Assembly: GCA_050273025.1 (NCBI GenBank)
Contig: CP158635.1
Location: forward strand, 7,130,001-7,194,000
DNA: 64,000 nucleotides
Reading direction: 5' to 3'
DNA from: Cenococcum geophilum
Lineage: Eukaryota
The notes under the pieces are model-generated. The model was given only the letters and a program-made list of their open reading frames with translations, did no database searches and was not told the origin of the DNA. The position numbers and the translations under genes were made by a program. Below, in pieces: positions 36,501 through 49,600 of this stretch (position 1 is the stretch's first letter; every line of letters starts with the position of its first letter).

Positions 36501-38408
36501 CAATACACTAAAGATGCTTTAACCTCCGCAAGAACCTCTACAAGAATCTCCGCAGCAACCACTATAGACAACCTTAGGCTATTAAACACCTCAAGTTCCT
36601 TAAGCTGTCGTATCTTAACCCGTGCCTTAAGCTCCGTCCCACCAGAGATTCTTAACCCCGTTTAACTTAAGCGCCAAGACACCTCCTCTAACCCCTACCG
36701 CGCCTAGACAACTGGCACAATAAGCTAGATCTGCGAACGATATCCCAACCTAGCAGCGGCGACCTCCGCAAGAACCTCCGCAACAACCTCCGCAGCAACC
36801 TCTACAAGAACCTCCGCAGCAACCTCCGCAGCAACCTCCGCAAGAACCTCCGTAGCAAGATTAGGTACTACGCCCTATTCCATTAAGCTCTATATTCCCA
36901 CTACAGCCTAAAATATAATTCCTGCCTCCTTAATCTCTAATGCAATTTTAACGTCGCCTAGTACTACTTAGAGGCATCTTAAAGTTATTTATAGAGCTTA
37001 TAAAGCTCTATTCGGACCAGGAGAAGAAGTTTAGCGGGAAATTAATTCGCATATTTAAGAAGTTAAGGCTGGTTATTTAAGGTTATAACGACGACGTTAA
37101 GTGGTATTTATATAGCAACCACAAAAGAAAAGTTGCCAATATTGGGAGTAAGACATGTGGTTGTTATATAGTACCGCGATATAAACTATAAACTAGACAA
37201 CAATAGCGCCAATACGCCTGCTATTACGAACTAACCCTATAATAAGACTCTGTGCCAATCTACCTACGGAACCGACCCTGCGCTAGCACCATACTGCCAC
37301 ATACCATCGACAAACTAATAGCGCCGCTATGCCTGCTATTACGATACTAGTCGCGCCGATATGCCTGCAATCTACTAACCAAATGATCGTGCCGATATGC
37401 ATGCGATCCCGATTACCGTCGCACTAATAAAAACAACCCAAACAGGACTAGGTAGAGCTTTGCTCCCTAGAACACGACCCCGTTGCCAGCATTATACTGC
37501 CGCCCGAACGACCTGTCGCTGGCACCGTACTGCTATTACAATAGACCCTTATTGCTCTGCCTACAGCCAACCAACTTCTACTGCTTCCACCTGCGATATT
37601 CTACGGACCCTAATTTTAACCAGCCAATCAGGATTTTCCATGCCCGGCATAGAAAATCGCTATTAGCTCGCTCACAACTAGCGCCTTAGCGGCCCTAACA
37701 CAACGTCCACCCACGACCCCTCAGTAAGAGAGCACTACGTGCTAAGAGGTAAATTTTAGGACAGCGAGACTTATATTACAATAGCAATAGTAAGTAAGGA
37801 GGATTTATATTTGTTACGCTAGTCAAGCAGTATTTATATATAGATGGCAACTATAAAAGAAGAGTTACTAGTGTCGGGAATGAGGCAAGCGGTCGTCACA
37901 TGACGCCGCGGCACTAGCGTGGCGAGAAGTAAGCTCCTCGCCCTGCCTCATTCCAATTAATAAGCTTTATCAACCAACATCACTGTAACCTACTCGAGTA
38001 GTCGTTATTGGTGAGTCACCCTGTGTGACCAACAATAATAGAGAAAGTTGTTATTAGAGAGCTGGAGAGGCGCTACACTATTATTAGTTTAAAATACGGA
38101 AATTAAGGGAAGTAGTAAGGGCTTATATATACGCAGACGTTAATAGGGGAATAAAATGGCTTAGAAGTAGAGCGAGGAGGTTTAACTAAGGCGATAATAT
38201 CTAATAAGAAAGATGCGCGGCGTTAGGGAGAAGAGAGAATAGAAAAGCGAGAGTAAAACGGCGAGAGGAGGACGCTTTTATGTGATAAGGTTAAAGTATA
38301 GGCTAGGATAAAGCGGTGGGCTAGCAAGCGAGGGCGCGTTGCCCGTAAAGGAAGCATCCATTTCCTAATGCAGATTCACTCTTATAGATATACTGAGCCT
38401 AATAACTA

Positions 38409-39511
38409 TTATAAAATCTAAAAAGCCTTCTAACCTACTAATATTTAATAAAAACTAAAACAACCTATATCCCTTTATAACTAAGCTCCGTCTTAAACTT
38501 TTAATAAACTATAATTAATACCTTATTAAAGCTAGTAAAGTTAGCTATAGAATATCTTATTTAAATAAGGATATTATATAAACTATAGACTTATTCTTCT
38601 ATAATAGCACCTTTATTAATTTTAAACTCTTTATCTCTCTACTAGAATAAACATATAATAATACTAGCCATAAATATACTACTATTACTAAACTTAAAAA
38701 CCTATAATAATAGAACCAAGACTTTACTAGCTTCTTTTTAGAATTTTTAGGCCTTATTAATAAACTAGATTATAATACAGCCACTAGAGTTACTACTCTA
38801 TATTAAGCTATTTTAGATAAAATTAGAGCCTAGTTAGTAAGTAGAGAACTACTAAAGGATTTACCTAAATTTGCTATATATATTAACGAATTAATAAAGA
38901 CCTTTAATACAATAAGTAGACTCGTTCTCTAAAGCTAACTATATCATATTTAAAACTCTATAAAACCGCTATATACTCTAAAGCGTAATCTTTCTCTAAA
39001 ACCTATAAGCCTTATATATAACCCCATAGACCTTAACACCACTTAATCCTATATACCCTTAAGAACTAATAAATAGAGAATGCTTTAGATATAGTAAAAA
39101 GGGATATATTTAAAGGAACTGCTAAATTTATCCTCTTAAAAAGGTCTGCCTTAGTTCCTCCTAGTCCTTAAATTATACTTAGTCACTATAAAGTATCTTA
39201 CTTTTAGTTAACTTGGAAAATAAATTATCTTAAAGCTAAGTTACGACTTAGAATAGAAGATAGAAGAGTATAAGTATCTAAGCTCTTCTAGCGCTAATAT
39301 ATAATATAACTCCCTTAATATACTTAGTAAAATTTAAACACTTAGAAAATAGAAGGAAGTATAAATCCTAATAGATAGTGGAGCTACTAGAATAGGCATT
39401 ATCGATACAAACTACGCGAAAACTTAATGCTTAAATTTAAAGAAACTCGATAAGCCCTAAGGCTTACAAGGTTTTAATAGTAAACCTTTAATATATAATA
39501 AACTAATATAT
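38409..39511 (+). mobile_element. Gypsy fragment (gag C-terminus and protease), same family as element D, truncated at both ends
   Basis: Colinear with ~21970-23110 (LIDSGA at ~39370), with abrupt loss of similarity on both sides. Confidence 0.9.
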
Positions 39512-40792
39512 TTATAAGAGTATATATTAGGTCCCACAAGTATCGCAATAGATTCGCGATCACTTTTTGTCTTTTTAGCCGTATGGCGACGTAGAGTGGG
39601 ACACGTTATAATTATAATCGCGAATCTACTAGAGCTAAGTATGGCTTGTCACTAGGTAGGTCGTAGATTTAACTCCTAACGGTCGCACTTCGCTCTAGTA
39701 TAGTCTAACACGCATCCGTGCGATAAGGTGTTGGGTAAGTCCGATTGCTTATATTACTAAAGACACTTTATCTCATAAATTAGACCCTTAGAAAGAAACT
39801 GCGCCACGGCGTGGCGCTAAGTGCTAGCGTCATACTTATAAAGTCCTAAGAAGTCCGAAGCTAATTAGATTACTTTACCCTAGTCCTATAGAGTCCTATA
39901 AACTCCTAAACTAATTATATTATACTAAAAGGAATTTCTTACTAAGAGTTTAAGAGCTTATAGGCGCCCTTTATATAAAAACTTAATATTTCTTATTAGA
40001 CGATAATTTTTCTATTATAACGCTATATCTTATACCCTAAATTTATTTAAAATACTTATAATTAGAATTAATTAAAAGCTATTTACTTACTTTATCTAAT
40101 CTAGAAATAATAGACATTACTAGCTTAATATATATACCCCTATCTAATAATTCACAAAGTCCTTTATCTAGCGCCCCTCTTAGCCCTCTTTTACCTATTA
40201 ATAGATACCTAGATAAATATTCTAATAGTAATATAGACTACCTTAATAATAAGCTCAACAGCGACGCTATTAAGGCTCTCTAGCCTTCCTCTAATAAATC
40301 TTTTCCTATTTATAATCGATATAATATAAGCTTTAAGGAATAGTAGTCTGCGTAATCTAAGCTATAATAGGTAGCTAATATACTACACCACGTTTAATAG
40401 AGTTTTCGAACCTTTATACTTACTTAGGCTAGGGCAAAAAAGAGTAGATTGGTTACAATTTAATATCTTTAATATGCCTAACTATAATAGCGATGGCGTA
40501 TATTAATATATACTATAGACGATCTACGTATAAGGGGCATCTACTAGCGTCCTTCTCTAGTGGATTCTTTTACTATAGAGCCTAATAATCTAATCCGTTA
40601 GCCCTATTTTAGTTAATTTAATTATACTATAGACCTAGAGATATTAGACTTTAAGCTAGCCTTTAGAACTATTTAGGAGGTTGCCTTAATATAATACGCT
40701 ATTCTTTTGAGACTTATAAGTAATTAGCGCGCCTACTAAGTTAGTTATAACGCTATACCTTAGTCTAATACGTTATCTAGACGATTATTTAC
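39512..40792 (+). mobile_element. 5' part of an inserted element carrying the N-terminus of a DUF6589-type fungal protein
   Basis: Interrupts the Gypsy fragment. The frame at ~40090-40792 reads KL**VANILHHV**SFRTFILT*A...PYFS*FNYTIDLEILDFKLAFRTI*EVALI*YAILLRLISN*RAY*VSY...LSRRLF, then stops abruptly. The family assignment is from recall. Confidence 0.45.
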
Positions 40793-41186
40793 TTTTATTA
40801 TTACTACTAGAATCTTGTTATTAGGGAAGACGCAACCGGATTTGGAGGTTCCTATCCCCCGTTTTAGGAGGCTATTTCTCCTCACTTAGACCTATATCTG
40901 TTGCCGCTTTTGCAACGTGCTAAGCATGCTAAGGGCGGTAGGGTCTTTCTTACCCACAAACCTAGAAGCGCGTACAGCCCTATAACGCACCTCTCGAAGC
41001 TCCCTAAACGTCCCTCAGCGACTATTTAAGAAACTATAAACGTCTGCTACCTACCTAATCTAATTTCCACCTTTGTCCTTATCCTCTGCTAAAAGCACTA
41101 CCCTTACACAACGAAACCTCCCTTCTGCACTACGCTCCTTTAACCCTTTTCCTATAGTCGCTATATATATATTTTCCTCTATTATT

Positions 41187-43602
41187 ATGTCGTTTACTTC
41201 TAATACTCAATTTCTAGGCTTCTACTTATAGGGTTTTTTGCCCTATTCCGCTCTTAAGAACGCCTATCTCCTATAGAGCCTTTTTTAGCGTTCCTATTAA
41301 TAGCAGTCGCTCTTAAGCTAGCTTCTGTATATAGGTAACTAGCAGCTGCTAAAGCACTAAGACACTACGCGTTTAACCACTATATCCTCTTAAAGTAAGA
41401 AATGGCAAAATACAGATTTAGCCTCTAGCTTAGACTTTAAACTGGGTAAGCCGTCTTATTCTAAGCCAGCTTTAGACTTAGATTTAAGCTTTAACTTTAG
41501 AGCTAGGGAAGACGCCGATTTTAAGCGGGAATATTTATAGTAGAGGATTACATATTATAAGGACTAAGGAAGAGCGAAGTTAAAATAGAAGCCCTAGTCT
41601 ACTTCTCTTATTAAATATAAGTTTTAGAATTAGGAAAAGTCCGTTTATATTTAAACTAAAATTCACCTTATAATACTAATGATTTATATTTAAGTTCTGC
41701 CTAAAAGTTAAGTCTAACCTATCTAAGGCCCTTTATTAGTGCGTAGCCAATATATTTAAAATATACTTTAAATAGCGTATAAAGAATTCTTAAATTAAGA
41801 AGGAAAGCGCGATTAAGGTATACTAGAGATAAATACTATGTAAATTTATAGATGTGGTAGGCTATAGTATAAACAATAGCGTAGAACTTAATATATAAGA
41901 TATAGGGTGATCTTTAATTTTTTTAAAAAAAACTTAGCTAATTTGTTATAGTGGATTCCAACCTACTTAACGCTAATATATAAGCTGGATATGTTAAAGA
42001 AAGAAAAGGATATAATATATATATAGGACTTGTATATAATTATTAATACCTATTAGACAATAGACGCGAAGCCTTATTATAGTCGTTTTTAAGTTTAAAT
42101 AGGAGTAATCCTCCTCTTTTTTGGTGCCATAGTAATAAGACCCTAAGCTCTTATTAAAGGTTTAAGCGTAAGAGGCTCTAATAAAGCGCTTTTGCATAAA
42201 TATATTACAATCCTAAAAGTTTATAATACGAAAAACTTTAATTAAACTATAACTGTCGCCCTTATAAGTCTCGTATATATTAAGAATTCTAGAGGTATAG
42301 GTAGATGGTATATAGCGACGTTAATTAAAGATAGCGCGAATAGCACTAATAGACCTATAGTAAGAGGTTTATTTTCCGTCTTAAAAGTATCCCAGCTTTT
42401 TATATCCTATCCCATCTTATAAGCCTTGCTATTACGGATAATATATTTTAACGCTATTATACTTCACTAGAAGAGATTTTTAAACTTAAAATCCTAGCGA
42501 ATAAAGAAAGTCTTAAAGTAAAGTTTAAGAAGGAGATAGAGAAACGACCTATCTTTTAAAATATTAAGATAATAGCTAGTTATAGGGGAGTGTTAGATAC
42601 TAAAGCATTCCCTTACTAGAAATGCTATAATTACTATATATAGTTAGGCCGAGTGGCTGGGTTTAAATAATTGCTTAAACTTTACTAGCTGTGATAAGCG
42701 TTTAGAAGGAAATTAAATAGTAAGTGTCTAATTTAATATAAGTGTATCTATTAACTAAGCTTTCTAGGCACCCTTACTCTAAAAGAGTAAAATTAGATAA
42801 TAGGTTATTATGGCAATACCTACTAACGGTTTTATTTACCTAATTTAATTAAGCGTGATTTCTAGTTAATCTACTTTAGGACTCTATTATAGGACGACCT
42901 TATCTAATATACTGCACGGATAGGGATCTTAAGGGATAAGCGGGCCCCTATAGGTCTAACTAATGAGTAGAAGCTTAAATTCTAGTTAGAACTTAATTAA
43001 TACCCTAATATTCTATAGCTTTATAAGAAATAAGAGAGATATAAGTAAAAGATTAGGAGCCGAGGATATTACCCTATTAATACCGCGAAGGGAATAAAAC
43101 TATATAACTGGTATAATAAAGCTAGACGTAAACTTTATAGTATTACAAACGTTCTATATAAACAAAAAGAGGACTAGGTTATTCTTAATTTTTATAACGC
43201 TATTAACAATTACGGTATTAAAAGATAGCTTAGTAGTAGCGTTAGGACGGATATTCCTACCTATTTAGCTATATAGTATAAATTTTATAAATGTGCTGCT
43301 ATTTCTAAACTGCTATCTTAGCCGCTAAATAAGCTTAAAGAAGGGCACGCTATAAAACTCCGTATAAAGTTTATCTATAATCTTATTAAGTATTATAATT
43401 AATAAGAGAGCTAGTAGAATAGGATCCTAAGTAAGGCTATTAGACTTTAACTTAGGTTTAAAGTAGACTAAAGTGTAATAGACGTAAAAAAAGGTGTAAG
43501 TAATATTAATACTAGTACCTATTAATAGGCAAAGTAGTAGAAAGAATAGATTAGCTTAGACTTGCCTTTTTAAGAAACCCCTAATAAGATATAGAGCGTA
43601 GT
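41187..43602 (+). pseudogene. Starship captain tyrosine recombinase (DUF3435) no. 1, main part
   Basis: FKIYFK*RIKNS*IKKESAI..Y*, WIPTYLT...KEK...DL...Y*TID, ILLFFGAIVIRP*ALIKGLSVRGSNKAL, LVYIKNSRG, KRFIFRL...SHLISLAITDNIF, LGRVAGF..LY*L**A, IIGYYGNTY*RFY, RDKRAP. Multiple GT-AG introns and RIP stops. Confidence 0.88.
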
Positions 43603-46600
43603 TATTACGGACGCTTTAAGTACGATATTACGACTACTTAGAGAAGAGACGGAAGAAGCTAGTTAGTTAATTTAGGCACGGTCTAGAATAGAGCCGATAG
43701 AACTATGTAATAAGGAATGGTAACTAAGGTTATATAATGTGCTATGTATTAAACAAAAGGAACGAGAGGAACTTACGTACCTTATATATAAGACGTATAT
43801 TATATATAAGAAGGATTTTATAGAAGTACGGTTATATATTTAAGGACCCTTAGTCCCTACCTAGATAGTTCCTTCTTTATAGTAATTCTTAGAATATAAT
43901 TAGAGTTAATCTATTAGGCAACTACTCTACCAGTTATTATTACGTTGTTAACTTTTATACTTGCATTTCCTATACACCTAGCCTAATAATAAGCCCACCG
44001 TAGTTCTTGCTATAAGATTCCATTACATAATTACTACCTAGTTACGGTATTAATATAAGAAGTTAAATAACATGCTACTAAAAGCAGCCACTATAACGCT
44101 ATTGACGGCAGCAACTACTTTAGGGATAGGAGGTGATACTAGTATGGCGGATACTAACTTATAGCAACCTGTGACGGTCGGATAGCTATAGGAAATAGTT
44201 AACTAGCTAACAGCTAATAATATAGTATTAGAAGAAAGACTTAATGGGATAGGAGTAGTAAAGATTAAGTTACTATTAATTAAGAGATTTATAGGAGAGA
44301 GGTTAAAGCTTAAAGGATTCCTTATATAGATGCATTTTAAGGTCTTATAGGAGGGAGTAAAGTTACCTATATTTGTGGATTGGATAGCCTATATAGGACT
44401 ATTCTTATTAGGAAAAGTACTTAAGTAGTTTAAATCTTACCTTACGGAGATATAGGCAAATAGAATGACGACCACTAACTAAGACATATAATTTATGTTC
44501 TTAAGTTAGGAAGGATTTATAGAATAACTAACGCAGATATTTAGAGACCCGGAAGAAACAACTATAGTAAAAAGAAAACTCTAGAATCTTGTATAATAAA
44601 CTTTAGCAATTAAGTATATAATATAGTTCTAGATACTAGTAATATAAGTAGAGTAGAATAATAGGGCGTTTATAGTATAGTATAAATAGGGACTTAAGGC
44701 TAAAGTCTAGGACGTAATTATCCTAATAGAAGATGCGGATACCCTAAGGGAACTAATAAATTAGGCGATTAAGATTAATAATTAGATCTACTAAAGGGAA
44801 TAGGCTAAGAAAGGCTAGGATAGAGTTCTATAGTTATATAAGGCGTAAAGTACGTAACGATAAAAGCTAAGTTAGAAACTATAGTATGGCGTAGAGCTAA
44901 TAGACCTAAGTGGTACTAAAAAAGCCTATAAGAAATAGAGTAAACTATAAAAACCTAGAGGATAAGGATTAAGTAATTAAAGGTCTAAAAAGCAGAGGCT
45001 GAATTAGGGATCTTAATAGCAGAAGACATTTAGGTGGACTCTATAGTAAGAGAAATAGTTTAAAGAAGGAGCTTGTATAAATTACGGAAAATAGGGTTAT
45101 TATATTAGAGACTATAGAAGTAGGTAAAGTTACTATATAGTAAAAGGTATAAGACTAGTAGATAATATATACGTATAAAGGGACGATAATATACTACGAG
45201 GAATAAAAGAGTGTTTAATTAGAAGTTTTGCGTTTTATTATAATAACGTATACCAAATTTATAAGGATGCTAAGTATGGCGTAAGCTATTAGCTATAAGA
45301 GCTAGCACCTATAGGATATAGAGGAACTAACGAACTAGTTTATAGATTAGATATTAAGGATAATAAATTTAACCTAGGCGAAATATTTTATAACGATGAG
45401 GTAATAAGGGCTGCTTATTAGGAGTGAGTAGATCTTAGAGATATTATACTAGAGGTAGAGAATAATTCTATTATAGAATAAGGAACATTAGTAGGGATCG
45501 AAACCCTACTAGATATAATGTCTATCACTTTATAAGATATAAGAGAAGTAGGATAGTAAACTACTTTGGCACTTAATAAAGGCAAAAGGCTAAAGGCTTA
45601 AGATTTTTATAGCGAGATAAGAGATAACTAAGATTTTTAAGATAAGATAAGGTAAGCTTAAGGACCTATAACGGACAGAAACTAATGGAGTAGAGTAGTA
45701 GCTTAGTTTAAAGACATACGAATAAGCTTGGGATAAGAATTTCTAATAGTATAAGATTCTTAAAACGAGATAAGTGAGATTTAAGACTCTTAAGATAAGA
45801 TAAGAACACTAAGTAAGCCTAGTTAGATTAAGGCTGGAGCTAAGCTTAAATCAGAAGTAAGCTTAGGATTAAAGAACCTAAGGGGTTAAGAATTCGGAGT
45901 ATAAATTAGGACACCTATAGATAAGAGGTAAGGGGCTTCTTTATAGATTAGAGAATCTGCGGCATAAATAGTAATTAGATTAGGAGATAAATATATAAAC
46001 CTAGAGGATTTACTAGTTAAATAAAGTGTTTAGACTAAAGATTGAAAAACCGATATTAGGATTAAGAAGTAAGATAACTTTAAGGATTAGAGCGTGAGGC
46101 GTAAACCAAAAGAAACTATAGAAGAGTTTAGGCAAAGAATTATTGTATAGCAAGAACAGAAACTAGATAAGAGATCTAGTATATTAAGACGTATAAAGGA
46201 TAGAGTATTAGTATAAAGAATTACTAATAGGCTAAGAGTAGGTATACTAAGAGCTAAGTGGCTTATTAAACTAGAAGATAAAGAGGATCTAGGGATTCTA
46301 ACTAGGTTTAAGGAACGATATATAAAGGGCTATTATAATATAGTAATAAGAAGATACTTCCTTATGGATAGACCGTATATACTCTAGCAGCTATACTAAA
46401 AGTAGTATAGGCAAAGGCATAATAATAAGTAGGAAGATTTCTATATATAGTTAGATAAAAAAGTTATTTAGGACCACCTAATTATAGAAAAGGCTATAAC
46501 GCATATTAAAGGAGCCTTAATTATAACGTTAAAGGATTTAAAGGAACGTTTAGAGGACTAGAGAAGTAAAAGACGTATCTTAGTACCTACAAATAAAGTT

Positions 46601-49600
46601 ATAACGTTTAGATTAATATAATAAAGGTTTAAACTTAGGGATAAAGATGAGCTAAGAGTTAACCTAAAGCACCTAGCATACTATACGATATTATGGATTG
46701 CGTATATAGACGATATATACAAAATGTATAAGAATTTAAAAGAGAAGAATCGGAAATACCCTATAAGGATATACTAGATAATAGACGAGTAATAGTATAG
46801 GAATGCCAAATATATATATAGATGGCATCCAATAGAAATCTAAGAGGAAGGAAGTTTAGTACTTTAACTAAAAAGATTCCTTACGGAAGAATACTTAGAT
46901 GGATAATAGTAGTAGGAATGCCTAGAAAATATATGTCTATAGTATATAGAAGATAAAAAGCGAACTAGGTATTAGCTAAAGAGTAAGCTAAGTGCACTAG
47001 GATTAAGTAGCTAATAGTTAGGAAAAGTAGAGGCCTATAGGACTAGAGGGAGCCAGTAGTAGAGCCTTAAACCCTTAAAGGAATTTAAGGACGATACCTA
47101 AATTTACGGATTAATTAGTAAGATTAGCAGTTTAAAGCACTAATAGATAGTAGAGTAACGCGAAACTATATCTTACTAGTAGTAGTTAAGAGAATAGGGC
47201 TACCTTATAGACAAAAGGAGCAACCTTACCTATTAGTTATAATTTTAGGAGATCTAATAACCTATAGAGGAGGGATCATTAATCTTAAAATAGGACCTAT
47301 TTAGATAACTATTAAAGGAAGATAAATTAAGATATCTTTTAATATCCTACTATTAGAACGGGACGAGGCAGTATTAAGTATGCCTTAGTTATAGAAATAT
47401 AATTTAAGAATTAATTAGAATATAGGTTAGGTTAATATTAAAGATACTTAATACTATAAGATGCGATAATAAGCTAAGTTAGTATAGTACTAAGTAGGAG
47501 CAACCTACAAAGAAATAGAAAAAGGACTAAGCTATATACCAAAAAGATACTATAAGTATAGTAAGAAACTATAGTCACCAAAGAGTAAAAAGCTATTAAA
47601 ATATATAGTATAGGACTATAAAATAGAGTTAGAACTAGGAACAAGTCTAAAGTTTTTTCTAATCTACAAGCTTACTAAAGAAAAGAGTAGAGCGTTAAAA
47701 GAGTTTGTCTAGGAAAATCTATAAAAGGGATATATTAGACCATCGCAGTTATTAGCGGGTTATCTAGTACTATTTATACTAAAGAAGAATAGCAAACTAA
47801 GGCTATATATTAACTATAAATAGTTAAACAGCATTACTAGAAAGGATAAGTATCCTTTACCCTTAATTAGCGAAATCTAAAATAGGATAGGTAATACGCA
47901 AATCTTTACGAAGATAGATCTAAGATAGGCGTACTATTAGATTAGGATTAAGGAAGGCGATAAATAAAAGGCAGCCTTTAGGTTAAAAGAAGGACTATAT
48001 AAACTATTAGTTATACAATTCAGGCTTATAAACGCACTAGCAACGTTCTAGAAGCGTATTAACAATATATTAAGAGAATACTTAGATAAATTTATTATAG
48101 TATATCTTAATAATATTATTATCTACTTAATAACTAAGGAAGAATATGGGGAACACGTTAAATGGGTCTTAAAGAGACTATAAAAAGAATAGATGCTAGT
48201 AGCAATTAAGAAATACGAGTTCTTTACTAAAAAGACCGATTTTGTTAGATTTATTATTAAACTAAGCTAACTTAGTATAGATCTAAAAAAGATTAAGGCT
48301 ATAGTAAATTGGCAGGAATTAGAGAACGTTATATAGTTAAGATTATTCCTAGGGTTTTATAATTACTATAGAAGGTTTATAGCGCAATGGTTAAAGGATA
48401 TTAAGCTATTTACGCAGTTAATAAAGAAAGAAGAACTATAGGCATAGGGGGAAGAGTAAAGAGAACTCTTTAAAAAAGTTAAAAAGTTGTTCACCTAAGA
48501 GCTAGTTCTTAAGATCTATTAACTAGGACTAGAGACGGTTATAGAAATAGATGCATTAAACTATGCACTAGGGGTATACTTTATATAAAGGCATTAAAAT
48601 GGATAGCACCTAGTGGTATACTATAGTCGGAAGATAATACTACTAGAGTTAAACTATAACATCTATAATAAGGAGTTATTAGGTATAGTTATAGTATTAA
48701 AGGAATAGAGAGCATTCTTATAAGGTATAGAGAAACTATTTATAGTTAAAACGGATTATAAGAACTTAATAGAATTCCTAATAATAAAGGAACTTAACTA
48801 AAGATAGGTTAGATGGGTAGAGATACTTACGGAATACTATTTTAAAATTTAGTATACCAAAGGTATAGATAATACGCGGGTAGATGCTTTAAGCCATAAA
48901 GCTAAACTACAAAATAAGGAAAAGCTATTAGGGGCTTTATTACAAAAAGATACAGACGGATTAATTAGGTATAATTATCCGAAAATTGTAGTAACTTAAG
49001 AAGATAATAAACTAAAGAAAGTCTACGAGATACTAGAAAGCTTTTAGGCGTAAAGAATTCTAAAAGTATAGCTAAAAGATCTATAGATAGATATATATAA
49101 AAATTAAGAAGTGAAGTATATCCTAAAAAGTATAGTAGAGTAATTTGTAGAGGACTTCTATAAGGGACTAACCTAAGGACATAATAGAGCTACGGGCTTA
49201 GTGTTAAGACTTTAGGAGGAGTACATTATTAATAGAATTTAGAGGATAGCTAGAAAGGTTATAAAAGAATATCTAGATTACTAAAGGAACAAACCGACAA
49301 GGCATAAGCTATATGGAGGGCTATAACCTATTAAAATACCAGAGAGACCATAGGAGGTCATATTATAGGACTTTATTATTAAGTTGCTAAAATTAAAAGA
49401 TCCTATTACTGGATAAGATTATAATGCGATCTTAGTAATAATAGATAAGCTTATAAAGTGGGGATACTTTATAGTATATATAGAAGAAATCTTAGCGGAA
49501 GATATTACTAGAATCTATGTTAAAGAAGTATTTATAAAATATAGAGTACTAAGTAAGATTATATTGGATAGAGATCTAAGATTTATAGCAATATTTTGGG

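Larger units (their letters stand above)
18057..38034 (+). mobile_element. Outer LTR element A (Copia-type gag only, internally deleted), host of the nest
   Basis: LTRs 18057-18222 and 37872-38034 (TGTCGGGAATGAGG...CCAACA), TSD ATAAT at 18052-18056 and 38035-38039. A gag-like frame at ~36100-37080 (EDFVRWIKET*ALA...DFRNFL*ENRVFV) has QQPP repeats. No pol seen. Confidence 0.85.
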
